Shown here: positions 62,709-64,000 of the stretch, piece after piece
Position numbering within the stretch: position 1 is the first letter of the stretch
Layout of the letters: each line of letters opens with the position of its first letter
IMG/VR virus record: IMGVR_UViG_3300020048_000003
Direction: 5' to 3' (one strand)
DNA from: a virus
DNA: 64,000 nt
The notes under the pieces: generated by a model
Database searches by the model: none
What the model was told of the DNA's origin: nothing
Seen by the model: only the letters and a program-made list of their open reading frames with translations
Program-made: the position numbers and the translations under genes

Positions 62709-63146
62709 ATGATAACAAATATTATTTTAGGGTCACTCGCACTTGTATTATTTATTGCTCTTATTGAATTAAATATTAGATACTACAAGTTGGTTAATAA
62801 AGAAACTATAACGAATAAGTATATATCCGAATTAAACAAACCACTTAGGTATGGATATATATCTAAGCCTTTAACATGGAATGATACTACTAAGTTTACT
62901 TGTAGAGTTTATGTTAAAGAGTTGGATAGATTTACAAATGGTGAAAGTAGAATAGAGATTGATAAAATTGAATCAGGAATAACTAGTGGACAAATATCAC
63001 CAACAGCAGTTGAAAACTTTATTCGTGATCAATTTATAAGTGTTGTAGAAACTTCTGATGTAGTTTGGTTAGAAAGTGAAAATGCAATAAAGGATGTTCG
63101 TAGAAAAAAATTAGAGCAATTAAAAGAAAATATAGAAAAAAAATAA
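62709..63146 (+). CDS. membrane-anchored protein with famB-like tail
   Basis: N-terminal TM ILGSLALVLFIALIEL; C-term IKDVRRKKLEQLKENIEKK. Confidence 0.6.
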   Translation: MITNIILGSLALVLFIALIELNIRYYKLVNKETITNKYISELNKPLRYGYISKPLTWNDTTKFTCRVYVKELDRFTNGESRIEIDKIESGITSGQISPTAVENFIRDQFISVVETSDVVWLESENAIKDVRRKKLEQLKENIEKK

Positions 63147-63150
63147 TATG

Positions 63151-63318
63151 GAAAATAATCTAATGCCTGATTCTCTGATTGATATATTCTATAAAAGAAT
63201 TGAACAAAAATTAAAAGATGGACACAAAATTGAAGATAGAGCAATTCAGCAAGAATTGAATAGAATTATAATGGTAAATGGATTTATACCTCAGAAAATT
63301 AAAGATTTAATAAAATGA
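63151..63318 (+). CDS. hypothetical small protein (55 aa, below track cutoff)
   Basis: manual: MENNLMPDSLIDIFYKRIEQKLKDGHKIEDRAIQQELNRIIMVNGFIPQKIKDLIK*; ATGA-coupled to next gene. Confidence 0.35.
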   Translation, partial: ENNLMPDSLIDIFYKRIEQKLKDGHKIEDRAIQQELNRIIMVNGFIPQKIKDLIK

Positions 63319-63584
63319 GCAAATTCAAAATAGGAGACAAAGTAGTTTGTATAGCATTAAAAACAGAAAAAGGATTTGCCTCTGCTTCATTAGAAATAGG
63401 TAAAACCTATACTTGTATTCCTTATTATGGTTCTGATATCTATACTGATGATAAAAAAAATGTGTGTGTATCAGTTTTCTTCTCAATGACAAAAAAACAT
63501 CAAATAGTTCAATATGAAGAAAAATTATTCATTTCATTAAAAGAATTTAGAAAACAAAAATTGGAAAGACTAAAAAATATATGA
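63315..63584 (+). CDS. famB small protein
   Basis: FKIGDKVVCIALK...ISLKEFRKQKLERLKNI. Confidence 0.85.
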   Translation: MSKFKIGDKVVCIALKTEKGFASASLEIGKTYTCIPYYGSDIYTDDKKNVCVSVFFSMTKKHQIVQYEEKLFISLKEFRKQKLERLKNI

Positions 63585-63877
63585 AAAAGATTTCTGTTTG
63601 GAAATGTGATTTTTGTTCTGAGGTTAATTTTGATTCAGAAAAGATAAAAGAGCATGAAAAAGATTGTCCTTATAATCCAATATACAAAAAATGTTATTCT
63701 TGTGAATACCATTTTGGTGATGGATATACCTATTGTGCATTGGGATATTTTGGTGTAAAATCTTATAATGTTCAAGATGGTGAAGATAATGGAAATTGTG
63801 AAGGTTGGGTGGCGGCAGATAAACAATTGTTAAGAAAAGTGAAATTAACTAAAATAAATGAAATTCAAAAAGGATGA
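63581..63877 (+). CDS. Cys-rich famB protein (paralog of 22201..22476)
   Basis: WKCDFCSE...CPYNP..KKCYSCEYH...NCEGW...LLRKVKLTKINEIQKG. Confidence 0.8.
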   Translation: MKKISVWKCDFCSEVNFDSEKIKEHEKDCPYNPIYKKCYSCEYHFGDGYTYCALGYFGVKSYNVQDGEDNGNCEGWVAADKQLLRKVKLTKINEIQKG

Positions 63878-64000
63878 TTGGGTTTATTCAAAAGTAAAAC
63901 GGTATATGATATTACCTTATAAAAATTATAAGGTTTTGGATATATTAGTTTTCTTTGATGAATATATTTTAATAATTGATGAAACTGGTGCTACTGTTGG

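Overview
This window is about 75% A+T and is almost entirely packed with very small protein genes, 27 to 250 aa. I call about 170 of them in 64 kb, and nearly all fall into two paralogous families arranged in long same-strand tandem arrays. Family A (famA, about 75 genes) begins M-K-(Y/H)-(I/L)-K-x-(F/Y)-E and ends (K/R)-Y-N-(L/I). Each stop codon overlaps the next start codon (TTATGA). A junction of about 30 nt (AAATATAAYYTATGAAATATATTAAAAAATTTGAA) is conserved at the nucleotide level while gene interiors are highly divergent. Family B (famB, about 95 genes on both strands) has an N-terminal 'GDxVxCI / LTxGKxY' beta-type motif and a basic C-terminal tail (E/Y)(I/L)R(K/R)xKL(K/E)K(L/I)N. The next gene's ATG usually lies inside this tail (TTAAATGAAA). 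FamA and famB blocks alternate in convergent or divergent orientation. Two G+C-richer islands interrupt the arrays. The first (25.4-30.4 kb) holds a tRNA-Ser(UGA)-like gene with a non-pairing 3' acceptor strand, an iteron-like repeat block, a roughly 600-nt ORF-free segment ending in a strong terminator (candidate ncRNA), palindromic operator-like sites and a sensor-less histidine kinase. The second (52.6-53.5 kb) holds two Gly/Ser/Thr-rich beta-type protein genes with atypical codon usage. The right end carries a ribbon-helix-helix-like gene, a GIY-YIG/NUMOD3 homing-type endonuclease and a cold-shock protein with the Bacteroidota-type KFFNDAKGFGFI motif. Start sites have A-rich upstream regions and no Shine-Dalgarno sequence, also Bacteroidota-like. 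The region looks prokaryotic or phage-like (Bacteroidota-type host inferred). The cassette-like arrays of diversified mini-proteins are the most unusual feature, and I cannot place them in any family I recognise.
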